DNA of 62,042 nucleotides, filler included, from Dirinaria sp. TL-2023a (Eukaryota): NCBI GenBank assembly GCA_051941275.1. It is 13 parts of 13 records of this genome, joined end to end, with 100 filler letters (N's around TTAATTAATTAA, not from the genome) between each part and the next. Parts side by side here need not be neighbours in the genome. Positions count along the whole stretch, not along the records: positions 9,586 to 14,274 come from JAVEBF010001790.1; positions 14,375 to 19,062 come from JAVEBF010001791.1; positions 19,163 to 23,847 come from JAVEBF010001792.1; 10 more parts are not named here. One strand, 5' to 3'. Shown piece by piece: positions 10,880 to 23,461 of this stretch (position 1 is its first letter; each line of letters starts with the position of its first letter). The notes under the pieces were generated by a model. It saw only the letters and a program-made list of their open reading frames with translations, ran no database searches and was not told where the DNA came from. The position numbers and the translations under genes were made by a program.

Positions 10880-13800
10880 TCATGAGAAAGTGTAAGGTAA
10901 AGGTGGCTGGCTCGAGGGTTTGTGGTATGGCGGCCACCAGAAGGACTCGAGCCTTTCTTTCGAGACGTTCAACGCTTGGTTGTCCGCTATCTCTGATTTC
11001 GATTTGGGCTGCTCGCGAGGCTCGAGCAACAGTGAGCGCCTGTAGTAGCTCTGGACATTACTCGAATCGGATCTGACCCTCACCAGTTGATCTTGCATCC
11101 AAGTCTGGAGCTCGGGGACTTCGGTGAAGCGGTATGGGATCTGAAAACGCTGCAGCTCGCTGATGATTTTGGCAGTCTTGACGTGCTTGTCAAAATTGAT
11201 CACAGACAGACAGCCATCACCACCCTCTCCTTGCAGTTGCCTTGTTGGCTGATTCCCAACATCCACGAAGGTCAGGTCCGTCAGATAAGTCCCAACGAAG
11301 GGCAAGCATGGCGGTGCTGTGGTCTGTAGGCGCTGTCGGAGGATAGCATAGTTTCTCGAGCAATCGACTACGGCTTTTAGTTCTTCAAGGGTGGCCTTCG
11401 TTCTAGATGAAACCAATTCCCACGTACGCTTGAGCCGGAGAATGGTGGAAGAGTTCAGGGAGCAGATGATGGCCATCAAAGAGTCATAATTTGCCAACTC
11501 AAGACATTTCTTGGCGATCTTAATCCATTGCTTGATTATGGTAGCTCGCTTCTTCGGGTCATCAAGTTGCAGTATACAGTCGGCCACCAAATTCGCCAGA
11601 TCCGTCGACAAAGTCGACATAGCGCGCACATTGACCGCTATAGACGCGTTCTTCTTCGTCCATTCGGTCGCTAGAAGCTCCTCTGGTAAGATGGAACAGA
11701 ATATGCGTGATTCTTTAATCGTGAATTGCCGAGCAAGCTCGAGTGGATCAAAGTCAAGGATACTCACACTCGCACCACCAAGCTTCCAGTTTCTCAAAGC
11801 CGTTAGCTGGCTCTTAGTTATAGCAGGCGATGGCAGAGGACTATCCGGGGCTACGTAAGCTGCGATCGATGTATTCGTCTTACCCATCGACGATACTAGT
11901 CGCGGAACAAGTGGCCCTTCGACAGCATTGACCTTTTCCGCTAAGTACGTAAGCCGCTTGCCTGCGGTCGGCAAGTGAGGCTGCAATTGCCGTCTCGCAA
12001 AGGACAAGATGAGATCTAGAGCCGGGGTATCGGCATCATGGCGCCAGTGCGACTCAAGCCATCCCTTGAAGACGTTGTATACACGCAAACGCACTGGACC
12101 AGCTATGCTCGGACAATCGCCAATGTATGTGAAACGATCAATCAATGCTTGAGAAAATTCCAGAGGGGTGGCAAACAGTCGGAACGTGAGATAGAACGTC
12201 GAAACATAGGATGCATCAGGGGTCGAATCATGCGTGGTCAGACGTTCAATCAAAGCAGGTAAGGTGCCACCACTAATCTGTCCGTCCTTGTTGAAGATGA
12301 TCTCATGGGCGAAAGTCTTTTGTTGCACCACTTTTTCAGCTTCCTCGAAATCGTCGTTAAACGTTGAGCGGCTCTGAGCTAGGCTGTCGCACCGGGGGGA
12401 GACGGTAAGCTGCGAGACGTATGAGGCATCAGGAGATGTAGCACGTGTAGACGACTCGGAGAGGTCCGAGTTTCGCATGCTGCCAATGAAGGTGCTACTG
12501 GCCCCTGCACTGGACACATCGAAACTGTTAGTTCGTAGACGCCCTTCATGGTCGCGCTGAACTTCGCCAGAGCTACCTGAGGATAGCTGTGGTGAGGGAG
12601 GCGGTTCATCCGATGGTGACAGCAGACCTGCAAAAGGAGGTAGGGGCGGTAGAAGCGGTTGTGCGACGAGATCAGTCGTCAACGTGCTGTTCTCTGTCAT
12701 AGTCTGACCCATTTGTGAAGTGAGAAGAGCTGTTGTTGGTATTTTCAGCACTAGAGGTACTCTTGATTTAGAAGGATCCGAAGGTGGCGGCGGTGGCTCA
12801 CTGGTTGGCTGAAGAGGGACGCATGATTCACTTGCTTCTCCCGAAGTTGGCCCTCGTTCAGGATCAATCATAGTAGAGGCCTTCGAGGCATCCAAACGAG
12901 CATCCTCGCTCGTACCAGGTGGTGCGAGGTCAATATACAACGGCTCGAAATCAAAGTCGCCAAGCCTTTCGAGGACAAACCGCGACTCTGCCACACATTC
13001 GCCAGCTGCTCTCACACACGCGGTAGCTGCATCTACCATTGGCTTTTGCGCATCAAGCATGTAGACATCGTCCAATTCACCCGGGGATGGAGCACGGAAG
13101 GCGTGCCGAGCAGCATCAGCCAGGTCCGTGATGCTGCAGTACATTTCTTCCCTGGCCTCTGCAAGGGACGCTGCGCGTTGCGCGTCGCGTTCCCATATCG
13201 CCTCGATGATCTTGAGCATGTCGCGACAAGATATCACGGCTTGCTTCGTTGTAGACAGCAATTCAGTGGAAGAGCGCGACTCTAGCTGGAGACCGATGAA
13301 AGATCCCAAAAACCCGAGAAACCTGTCATGAGCGGCACCCAGTTTCACGGATGCAAGTTCAGTGTCAGGAACGGTAGATGTGCCGAAATTGCAGGAAATG
13401 CGATGCGAGACTGATTGTCGGTTGGGTTGTGCGGAGGGTCGCCTGAGGCCTGGTGTTGAGTTGCAGAGACTGTGCCGTACGTATGTGTGTGAGGAGCGAC
13501 TGTATGGGGGCCGAAGAATGGCTTGGTCTTGGGTATCGCTTGTAGTCTCATTGTGGCTGTTTGCTGGTTGTTCTTGACGAGTCACAATTACTGCTGAGGC
13601 TGATCCCGGTCTCTCCTGCAGACACTCGCTTGCGGTTCCAATTGCGGAATGTCGTGCAGGTGGCTCCGATTGCGCTTGCGTTTGCGCACGGCCATTCTGG
13701 CAATTAGTTGGACTAGCTGGCTCTAGGTGGTGAGTATTGTTATTATTATTATGAACGCGATTGTCCGTGCTTTGAGTCAATAGCACATCGTCGATCCACA

Positions 13801-14274
13801 AATCTAGGAATTTGACTGCTCGAAGGACGGTCCTGAATGCTTTCATGATCAGTTCGTCGAGTATCACATCTTGGATCTGATCGATCGATTTCTCGGTGAT
13901 CGCGACTCGAATTGTTTTGGCGTCTTTGACAAGCGACGAGAGATTAGATAGCAGTGCTTTACGGTTCCTGCGCAGTCCGTTGTGAGATTGCACGGTCAAT
14001 GAATCCCGGCCTAGGCAGTTTGTGCGATCCTTCACGGGTGGATCAGCGAATGGGGGATTCCTACTTTCGGCGCGAACAACACGCGACTGAAACTTACAAG
14101 CAGACACCGCACTCCCGCAATCAACCCCCCCACACAGTCTTGACTACCTAGAACCTCCGAAGCACCGCCACTAGCACTGCGTACAAGATCCCAGAAGCTG
14201 ATCAGTCCCTTAAGGAGCGTTAAGATTGGCTGGCTGTCGTAAGGTTCACAATAGTTTGTCGGCAGCCACCCTCG
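10880..14274 (-). CDS. Ras guanine-nucleotide exchange factor, Cdc25 family with N-terminal SH3 (5'-partial)
   Basis: End of SH3 (RGWLPTNYC) at the contig edge; intron 14030-14097; REM domain (GGTLPALIERLT...FYLTFRLF); CDC25 domain (DPLELARQFT, NYDSLMAI, PCLPFVGTYLTDLTFVDVGN, INFDKH). Confidence 0.93.
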
Positions 14275-14761
14275 NNNNNNNNNNNNNNNNNNNNNNNNNN
14301 NNNNNNNNNNNNNNNNNNTTAATTAATTAANNNNNNNNNNNNNNNNNNNNNNNNNNNNNNNNNNNNNNNNNNNNGGCCCTGGCCCTGGCCCGGTTGCTCG
14401 GCCGTACCTGCCACGACTCCCATCACAATGGAAGTTCCGAAATGGAAGATTCAAAAATAAAACATCGACGAAACCGCCGATGTTTAATGTCGTTCACAAA
14501 TGGCATACATTTCAAAGCCTCACTGCCACATAGCAAACGGTGGCGTAGGACGATCTATCTAGCGTTTCAATTGGAGCTCTGTCTACTCTCAAGTCCTCGG
14601 GATGAAGGGACAACAGTGTTTCCGGGTTCTGCGATCCACCTTAGCCACTATGTTATGTATAAAGATCGACCATCTCTGCGATCATCATCCACGTTACGAG
14701 CTGCTCCCGAAAACCTCCAACGGTCCTGTCCTTTTACAAATTCATGGTACCCGCTTCCGTC

Positions 14762-15896
14762 ATGTTCATCAATTCTACAATATGGCCTGTGGTCTTGGGT
14801 CTTTTTATCTCAATCGCATCAGCAACTCCAATAAGGTTTACCAAGAAAAGTCATTTTCTGGAGTATAGACCGTCGACGCCCCTGCCAAAGCGCCAAACAG
14901 GCAACACGGGCAATGTAGGCAATTATGGCCTTGACGATCTACCTACATGCGACAGTGATCCTAGCTATGCTTCCGGCCCCAGTAAATTTCAAGATGGTCA
15001 AGGTACGGCACAGGTGTCGGGGGGATGTGACAATGGGGAGGGTGGAAGCCAGCATTGCTGGTAAGTCCTTCATCCTTGAGCATCTTGCTCTCCGGCAACC
15101 GACAAACGGGAATCTTGTAGGACAGACACATTCATGGTATATTGGGAATTCGAATACGCGGACTGGACTTCAACTGGTACACCCTCTTCATGTGCCCTGG
15201 AACTCACTCACCGAGCTGACTGTACACTGTCTACCTACAGGTATGCAAATCGACTGCGCCGAGTCGAAGTCCTGCTCACAACAAAACGTCAACCTCAACC
15301 AAACATGCACCGAGAACAAAATTACCGCTGAAGGAAGCCTCAAAGGCACCATTGAAACAAAAATGCCGGAGTGGTTCGAGGGTTGGTTACCTTCGTTCAA
15401 CTTTGTCAGCATGGGTGCAGTCAATGATTTGGAGTCTGAGCGAATCTGTACTGAGACTTCTTCTACCGGGTAAGATTAACTCGAGGTTGCGCGTGAAATG
15501 ACGCATGCACTGATACCACGATAGGAGCTGTTCTTGGGACGACAACCTTTGCCATGGCATTTGGACTGCGCAGCGCAATCGAAGAGTTTGGTGCGTATTT
15601 TCTATCCCTCCCAATGGTTTCATTCTATCATGGCCCCTTCATCGCTTAGATGAACTGCGCTAACTGTTCGTCTTTGCAGGGGCTACCAACGACGAACATG
15701 CAGCGCGCCGCGTAGTGGGACCAACATGCCAAATACATCCCCGCGGCCAGATGGGTACTATACAGTGGGCATGCAGGATGTTAGTATCCTTGTGCCGGAT
15801 AGTACAGCGGTGGGGTGCGCGGCACTGTGTGATGACTCTGCTTATCCTAAGCCTAACACACCGGTGCCACAGAAGACTGTACCTATCGTTGGTTGA
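14762..15896 (+). CDS. Secreted cysteine-rich protein, 288 aa, 5 exons
   Basis: Exons 14762-15060, 15121-15176, 15241-15469, 15525-15590 and 15680-15896 splice in phase through four GT-AG introns (867 nt). Signal peptide MFINSTIWPVVLGLFISIASA, Kex2-like KR site, 12 Cys. Confidence 0.85.
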
Positions 15897-16489
15897 GGTA
15901 TTAGCGAGCATGACTGATAATGTATCTATCGCCGCTATCTCTAGTACAGACACGTTGAAGACTAAATTCGAAGAAACGACCTCGTAGGCTTTTGGAGTTA
16001 CTGTTACTACTAGCCAAAATTGTACTTATCATGGATCACCACAATGGATAAGCGTCAACAGCTGCAGCTGATTGCCATCTCCTGCCAGCGTAAGCTCTTC
16101 GACGTAGATTTGGTTCTGAAAATGGTTCTCGAAGCAGTCTTAAAATTTGTCTTCTCTCTTTCGTGTCAGTAGCACTGTTCCGTCTCGTTACATTTCTTTT
16201 TGCTGTTGCTGAGTCGGTTTGGAGGTATCGTACTCGTACACTGTGCCAAGGTACAGTGCATCTTGGCAGGAACAGCTGACTGCGCGATTGTTAACTCAGA
16301 CGCCAATATTCCAAGAGTTGATCGGTCACGATTGCGCGCGAAGACGATTCCATGGCTCATAAGTCCTGGCTAGCTGTCAGCGTGACTAGTGCGGTCAAAT
16401 TGAAAGTCACCGGGGGAATCATCCAAGATGCCTCCCACGGCACACCTGTGCTCGTCAAAGCGCACCTACATGAACTAAAGGAATCGATT

Positions 16490-16797
16490 TTGAGGTACTT
16501 GTACATCGGGCAAGCCAGGACTCTAAGGCGTGAACCTCTGTACTAGTACTGGTATGGCGCACGCCAGGACTGGGTTTTCTAGGTGATTAGCGGTAGGCTT
16601 TGGCGAGCACAGGTTGCCTCTAAGGAGAACTTTGCTCGTTGGAGGTGATTACCTTGGCTCGCTTGGGCGACCCCTCGGGTCACCTCTAGCTGGTCAAACT
16701 AGTGGCAGTGGTTGCGGTAGCCAGGGCTTAGAGCGTGTACCTCCATACACTAGCCCCCGAGTGGCCTAAGGGTAAAGGGACCCTCTATTTTATAACA
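16490..16797 (-). mobile_element. Possible RIP-mutated LTR remnant
   Basis: Non-coding block rich in TpA/TAG/CTA, ending ...TATAACA on the + strand (TGTTATA on the - strand, an LTR-like terminus). The other end and a target-site duplication were not identified. Confidence 0.35.
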
Positions 16798-17608
16798 GCC
16801 GCTAGAGCATTCATTAGACACTACGGAGACTTTAATGCTCCTTACTTGTGCTTGGCAACTCAATTTAAACGTCGCGGCTTGAAGGCTTGCTCTCATTCTT
16901 GAGGAGAGATGTCAGAGTCAGAACAACTACCTCAAAATCTGCGTTTGGCTAGACTCGAGTGTTCGTACTCGATCGAGAGTGAAAAACCAAATCGGTTTAA
17001 AGTATTTTTACCACCTTGCCGACTCAAAATGACGATTAAAAACCCTTGTGCGTTGAAAGATAAGGGAATGCAATGCTATAAGGCTACTTTAAGTGCCACT
17101 CGAATCACTTCGGTCAAGTGTTCTGGGAGGTCAAGTCGACTACTTCCCATGCCACTGAGTACTCGTACCTTTCTTTACATGATGCGGCTGGGATACTTTA
17201 GAGACCGGGCGGAATAATTAAATGTTAAGATTACGACGACCTGAACGAAAGAAACAAGGCGCGATAAGGTAGCTACCTTAGCTTGGGTAGGGCGACCATC
17301 CGAGCCATCATATCATACCTACAGTAAGGTATCTATGCAGATCTCTGCATTAGTTCGCTCCACAAGCAGGCTGCCTCGTAGTCTTCAAGACTTCATGATT
17401 AGTACAGTATTACGACATTCGATGATCGCTTTCGATGTTGATATCTCGAGACTTATCGAGATAAACTTTCAGCTTTTCACTAAGGCTTGAAAAGGAACGT
17501 ATAAAGCTCGTTGCCGCCTCCCAAAATAGACCTCTCTCGATATACTGCCTAGCAAGACTTTGTATTTTGTGCACTACATCATCTCAATCGCACTATAATC
17601 ATCTGCCA

Positions 17609-18863
17609 ATGGAGTCGAGTACATCCATAATTGCGTTCGCTGTGATGGCGACCATGTTTTATACGCTATACGGCTGTATTTACCGCCTGTACTTCTCTCC
17701 TATGGCCAAGTTCCCGGGACCAAAGTTGGCGGCATTAACATTCTGGTATGAATTCTACTTTGATGTCATTCGATGCGGTTCATATATGAATGAGATCAGC
17801 AAAATGCATTTGGAATACGGTATGCTTCAGGTACCTATGTGCACAGCAGCAAAAACCTGGATCGCACCAAGCTGACCAATTCGAATAGGCCCCATCGTTC
17901 GCATCAATCCTTACGAACTGCATGTGGCAGACCCTGACTTCATAGACATACTTTATCCTACAGTCACCAAGAACGTGGCCAAGTGGTCCTGGTCCGCTGG
18001 AATGTTCGGGAACACAGAGATGACCTTTAGAACCATAAGTCACGCTACTCATCGCACACGCCGTGGTGCCATCAGCAGCTTCTTCTCAAAAGCATCTGTT
18101 CGCCGCCTTCAGCCCGTGATACAGTCTCTCGTTGACAAATTGTGTGACAAACTCAAAGAGAAAAGCGACACCGGAGAAACTGTGAACATGGTCCATGCGT
18201 ACTCAGCATTGACGCACGACGTGGTGACAGAATATTGTTTCTCTGATTGCAGGAACGTGCTTGAGATGGAGAACTTTTCGCCGTGGTACTATATTAGCGC
18301 CCAAAAAGTATCGGAGCTCTCGCACTTGTACGTCTTCTCTCCAATGCACCTCATCTTCTCAAATTTTAATCCATGAACTCAACGAAATTTAGAGTTAAGC
18401 AATTTCCGCTTCTGCTTCCTACTATGAATTGTCTTCCTGATTGGTGGATACGCGTTACGAGTTCGTTCGGCACTCACTTTCGCGAGTTAACCAAAACGAG
18501 CAGTCTAGACGCAAAAAAAGTTTTGTCCTATAAAGAAGAGCGTGGGTCCGATCAGCATCCAACCATCTTCCATTCTCTGCGAGATGATCCTAATCTTCCA
18601 CCATCGGAAAAATGTCTTTCCCGTCTTGTCGCAGAAGCACAGGGTCTCGTAGGTGCAGGTACTATAACAACTGCGCACATGCTTAGCATTACAACATACC
18701 ATGTCCTCGCAAATCCGCCAGTCCTAAGCAGACTGATGGCAGAACTTGAAGAAGCATTCCCCGGTGTTGCAACAACCCGTTCACTCCAGGATCTCGAACA
18801 CCTACCTTATCTTAGCGCTGTGATTTGTGAGGGCTTCCGTGTTTCTTACGGTACTGTTCATCG
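17609..18863 (+). pseudogene. Cytochrome P450 (trichodiene-oxygenase/CYP58-like group), interrupted after the ExxR motif
   Basis: N-terminal [42 protein letters not shown]-helix AGTITT, K-helix EGFR; introns ~17820-17888 and ~18328-18392. Coding similarity stops at 18863 with no PERF or heme-Cys motif. Confidence 0.85.
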
Positions 18864-19062
18864 TGTTACGAGCATGCACCTGGTATACTACCTGGGGCAA
18901 CACCTCCCAGGGCTCTCAGGGGTAATGCGCTAACCCGATCGGGGTGTTTACCCGACACCCGCACACGCATATATACCTGGGACCCCCTATTGTATCTAGT
19001 TTTCCTTCTTCTTCCTTCCTTAGTGATAATATCTTAGTTAACTATACCTGCATTGACTTGCT
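18864..19062 (+). mobile_element. LTR-like sequence (5' part) inserted in the P450
   Basis: Abrupt switch to TGTTACG..., a typical fungal Gypsy LTR start, with an internal TATATA and a pyrimidine-rich tract. The contig ends inside it, as expected for a repeat. Confidence 0.6.
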
Positions 19063-20193
19063 NNNNNNNNNNNNNNNNNNNNNNNNNNNNNNNNNNNNNN
19101 NNNNNNTTAATTAATTAANNNNNNNNNNNNNNNNNNNNNNNNNNNNNNNNNNNNNNNNNNNNGTTTGGAGGCGGGGGCGGAAGGAGTCGAGGGAGAGGCG
19201 GTGCCGGGGGTTTCCCTTCAGGATTTGGCTTCTAGCCTCAATGATGTCTGCGCAGCCGTTGCTCAATGGTTGGTGACGCGAGTCATGCTGTTTAACGTCG
19301 AATCAAGCATTACCCCGGAGTTTTTGACCAGTCATTCTAGGTACCCAAATCAGACTAGATGAGGGCTGGCATGTATACATCCATACGTAGACTAACAACA
19401 ATCAAGGCATATGGCGTGATCCTTCCTTTCTCTTGATCCACATACTTCCAACTTGATGAACGATCCGCAGCTTTTGGAGTACCTGGGGCAAGGTAAGGTA
19501 GGGCGAGTGGCTTTGCTAGAGCAGATAAAGCTATGTTGTACTCCTCCTACCTAAGGTAAGATTACCTTACCTGAAGGTACATGTTACGCAAGGTAATAAC
19601 AAAGCTACAGTAGGTACCTGCTTAAGTATAAGGACCGTAGGTGAAGTAGGTACGCATAATCTTACCTGACCTGACCTGACCTGAAGTAAAAGCATCAAGC
19701 TAAAACGCCGCCTAGAACGCGGGTATTTTCTGCTACCAATCGTTAACCACCTCACTTCCGTAGATGCTTCTGAAGTACGTTTAGACGGTAAGCCCGGGCT
19801 TGCCCCAGGTAAAGTATAGAGTACCTTAGCTCCTGCCGGGCTGCCAGGCTGCCAAGTGCCACCCAACTAAGCGCCGCAGCCCGCAGCACCACCCCGGGAT
19901 TAAATTCCCGGACCCAGTCCCTCGGCCAAGGGACCGAGGTGCTTTTGGTCTCCGGCCTTCGCGTCGTCCTGCCTTAACGTCAATGGGCTCTTACTACTGC
20001 CATCCTCATCCTCGCCTCCGACCCCATCCCATGATCCCAGGCTATCAAGCGCTGCTCGTAAGAGTATTGGTCCCACATCAAAACTCGAGGCCTGGTATTC
20101 TTGGTTTTCTCCGACAGTCAACCCTATCAGGATGAAGCGGAATCATTCATATCAGAGATGCGCTAGAAAGAAGTGAAGGTCCAAATTAGACGT

Positions 20194-23100
20194 ATGAATA
20201 CGGAGCTACGTCATAAGAACCAACCCATGGCTTCGTCCAATGGCCAGTATCCATCGTCGGCCAATTCTCGACTGTACGAGGCTGCCGACCTTATGCTTGA
20301 ACATTCAGGCCTCCCTCAGATTGGCACTTCCAGTAGCCTGAATGGCTTCACAATGCCCGAACAGCAGCTTCAGCGGCTACCTCCTCCTCCAAACCCACCG
20401 CCTGTAATGCCCGTGGATTCGTTATCTGAGTACAGAGCACCTTTTCCTGTGTCACGCGACCAAGTACATGGGTATGAAACTTCCATCGACGGAGTGATAA
20501 ACTCACCGCCGCACATCAAACAGCAGCCTACTCAGCACGCGCTTGCGCCCATTTCGGAAGTGGCGGGCGCACAGTCGACAGGACCCTCTACAGGGCATCG
20601 AGCGAGTGATAGAAGCCCCAAGAGATCAGCACTTGGTAACCATGATGGTGGCATCAATAAATCAGAACCAGGAAGCCCCGTGGGCTCTAGGGATAGGACC
20701 GTAGGTGGCTCTGACGCGGGTCTTGCGCGCAAACCTCGCCGCAGTGTCGATGAAGGCAAAGCTAGGACTGGGGAAAATGAGGACGAAAAGCCACCGCCAT
20801 GGAGCGAACTGAAGACGAAAGCTGGAAAGGAGCGCAAAAGACTTCCTCTGGCATGTATAGCGTGCAGGCGCAAGAAGATACGGTGCTCTGGAGAGAAACC
20901 GGCTTGTAAACATTGCCTTCGCTCGCGAATACCGTGTGTTTACAAGATCACTGCACGAAAGGCGGCCCCTAGAACGGATTACATGTCCATGCTAGACAAA
21001 CGGCTCAAGCGAATGGAGGAGCGAGTGATCAAAATCATTCCAAAAGAGGATAAGGATGAGGCCAGTAGCATCCCTCGAGCAATCCTCAAGCCGCCTGGTG
21101 CAGTTCAGAACACAAAGGGTGATAATAATAGGAAAAGAGCAGCTGGGGAAGCATTTGGACAAAGCGCAGAGGAGTTCCCAGGGCCCAAGATGAGTACTCG
21201 ACCTTTACCGCACTTAGAGAAGAATTACAGCAGAGGACTGGATGAAGGCCTTGAGGATCTGCCATCAAAGGAGATCCAGGAACACCTTTCAGAAGTTTTC
21301 TTCGAATCCGTATATGGGCAGTCCTACCATCTGCTGCATAAACCTAGCTACATGAGAAGGCTGCGGTGAGTTTCTGCATATGTCCAAATGCACGGTCCTC
21401 AAGATGCTGATAGGTCTCAGCGCTGGCACGGTGCCTCCAGTATTGGTTTTGGCCGTCTGCGCAGTGGCTGCGCGCTTCTCCACACATCCACAAGTCAGTT
21501 CGGAGCCTGCTTTCCTGCGCGGAGAAGAGTGGGCCGCACCAGCGCGGGAAATAGCATTAAAAAGATACGATGACCCGACCATTACAATACTTACTGTTTT
21601 TTTGATCCTTGGCTTGCATGAGTTCGGCACATGTCATGGCGGCAGAAGCTGGATGTTTGGTGGTATGGCTCTTCGTATGGCGTATGCTTTGCAACTACAT
21701 CGAGAGCTAGACCATGATCCACTCGGACAGAAGAATGACAAAAAGACAGAGCTCAGCGCCACCGACCGCGAGATCCGGCGAAGGACTATGTGGGCTTGTT
21801 TTGTCATGGATCGGTTCAATTCATCGGGCACGGAAAGACCAGCTTTTGCAAACGAAGAAACCATCAAGATACAACTTCCGATCAAGGAAGCGTTTTTCCA
21901 GATGGAAATTCCCGGCCCAACAGAGAGTTTGGACGGCGCCGTGCCGAATCCGGTGTCCGCAGACACAGGGCCTACATCGGATCCAAAAGACAATATGGGC
22001 GTGTGCGCCTACATGATCCGTGCCATAGCGCTTTGGGGCCAGGTTGTGAAATATCTCAATCTCGGTGGCAAACAGAAAGATGTGCATAAATGCTGGGATC
22101 CGGATTCCGGGTACACATGGCTCAAACACAAAGCGGAGGAGTTCACGGCCACGCTGCCAGCTCACTTGCAGTACAACAAAGACAATTTGAAAGCCCATGC
22201 GGCAGAGAAACTTGCCAATCAATTCATCTTTCTACATATCACTATCAATCACATCCTTCTTTTCTTGCATCGATGGTCCATTCCAACAGCGCCCGGAGGC
22301 GGGGGTATACCTGAAGATGCTCCGCAGCCTTTTGTCACAGAGGCCGGGCATATTGCCATCGAAGCTGCAAATCAAATCTCTGCTCTCCTGACCGAGGCCA
22401 CTGGTCATCATGTTGTTGCTCCATTCACCGGATATTGCGCATTCATGTCAAGTGCAATCCATGTTTGGGGCATCTTCTCGAAAAATCCGTCCCTAGAAGC
22501 GTCCTCGAAAGCGAATCTTGCACTAAATGTCAAGTACTTACAGAAAATGAAACAGTACTGGGGGATGTTCCACTTCATCGCCCAGAATCTGAAGAGTATA
22601 TATCGAAGACACGCAGACGCATCGCATGGTTCGGAGGTTAAAGACGACGCACAGGATTCTCGTCTCTTCCAGTATGGAGATTGGTTTCAGAAATATCCGC
22701 ACGGAGTTTCGCAAACTGATTACGAAAATCCAGCGATCAAAGTCAAAAAGGAACCGACAGAGCTAACACCCTTGGGTCAGCGCTCGGATCTTCAAAGCGT
22801 CGAGGACTTCTTCCACCAGTTATCTCCGCCAGCACGAATTCCACCACAGAGGAAAGCTGCCAAAAAGGCTTCACGCAATGTTGGCCAGGCTGATCAGCCT
22901 CACACCCTGCAGCCATTACAAATCAATCCACATACAGGCCTTCACCAACAACCTCAGCTCCGTCAACCCGCACCCATCCTACCTCTTTCCGCACACATCG
23001 CCCCGAATCCCATGTCGCCGTCGACATTCCCCCCTTCACAGACGCTCTACACACCCTCTCATCCCAAGTTCCCTCCCTCCTTTGATGTGCTGCCCATGTC

Positions 23101-23461
23101 GCCGACTTCTAACAGCGCAGGCTTTCCACATCAACTTGACCGTCATTTGCTGTATGGCGGTTACGACGGCGCTGGACCAGCTTCAGCGCCTCAATTGAGT
23201 AGTCTGGGACCCAATTCGGAGGATTTAAACACAGCTCTGCAAGACCCGACTGCTATGCAGCCCAATCTCTGGAGCACCGCGAGTGGGATGGACTACCAAC
23301 AACAAGTAATTGGAGGCGCCGGCCTTTACGGTGACTTAGCGACAAGCGCTTGGTTCATGCCTTTCAATCTCAATCGACCGGACACAGGCGTGGAGAGTAA
23401 TTTTGGGGAGTATGTCGGTGACGGAACTTTCGATGGAATGGAAGGCGTGCGTCGAGAGTGA
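20194..23461 (+). CDS. Zn(II)2Cys6 transcription factor with Fungal_trans domain (resembles Prf-type C6 factors)
   Basis: ACIACRRKKIRCSGEKPACKHCLRSRIPCVY binuclear cluster; intron 21366-21420; middle homology region SWMFGGMALRMAYALQLH...REIRRRTMWACFVMDR. Start ATG could be 20194 or 20227. Confidence 0.95.
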
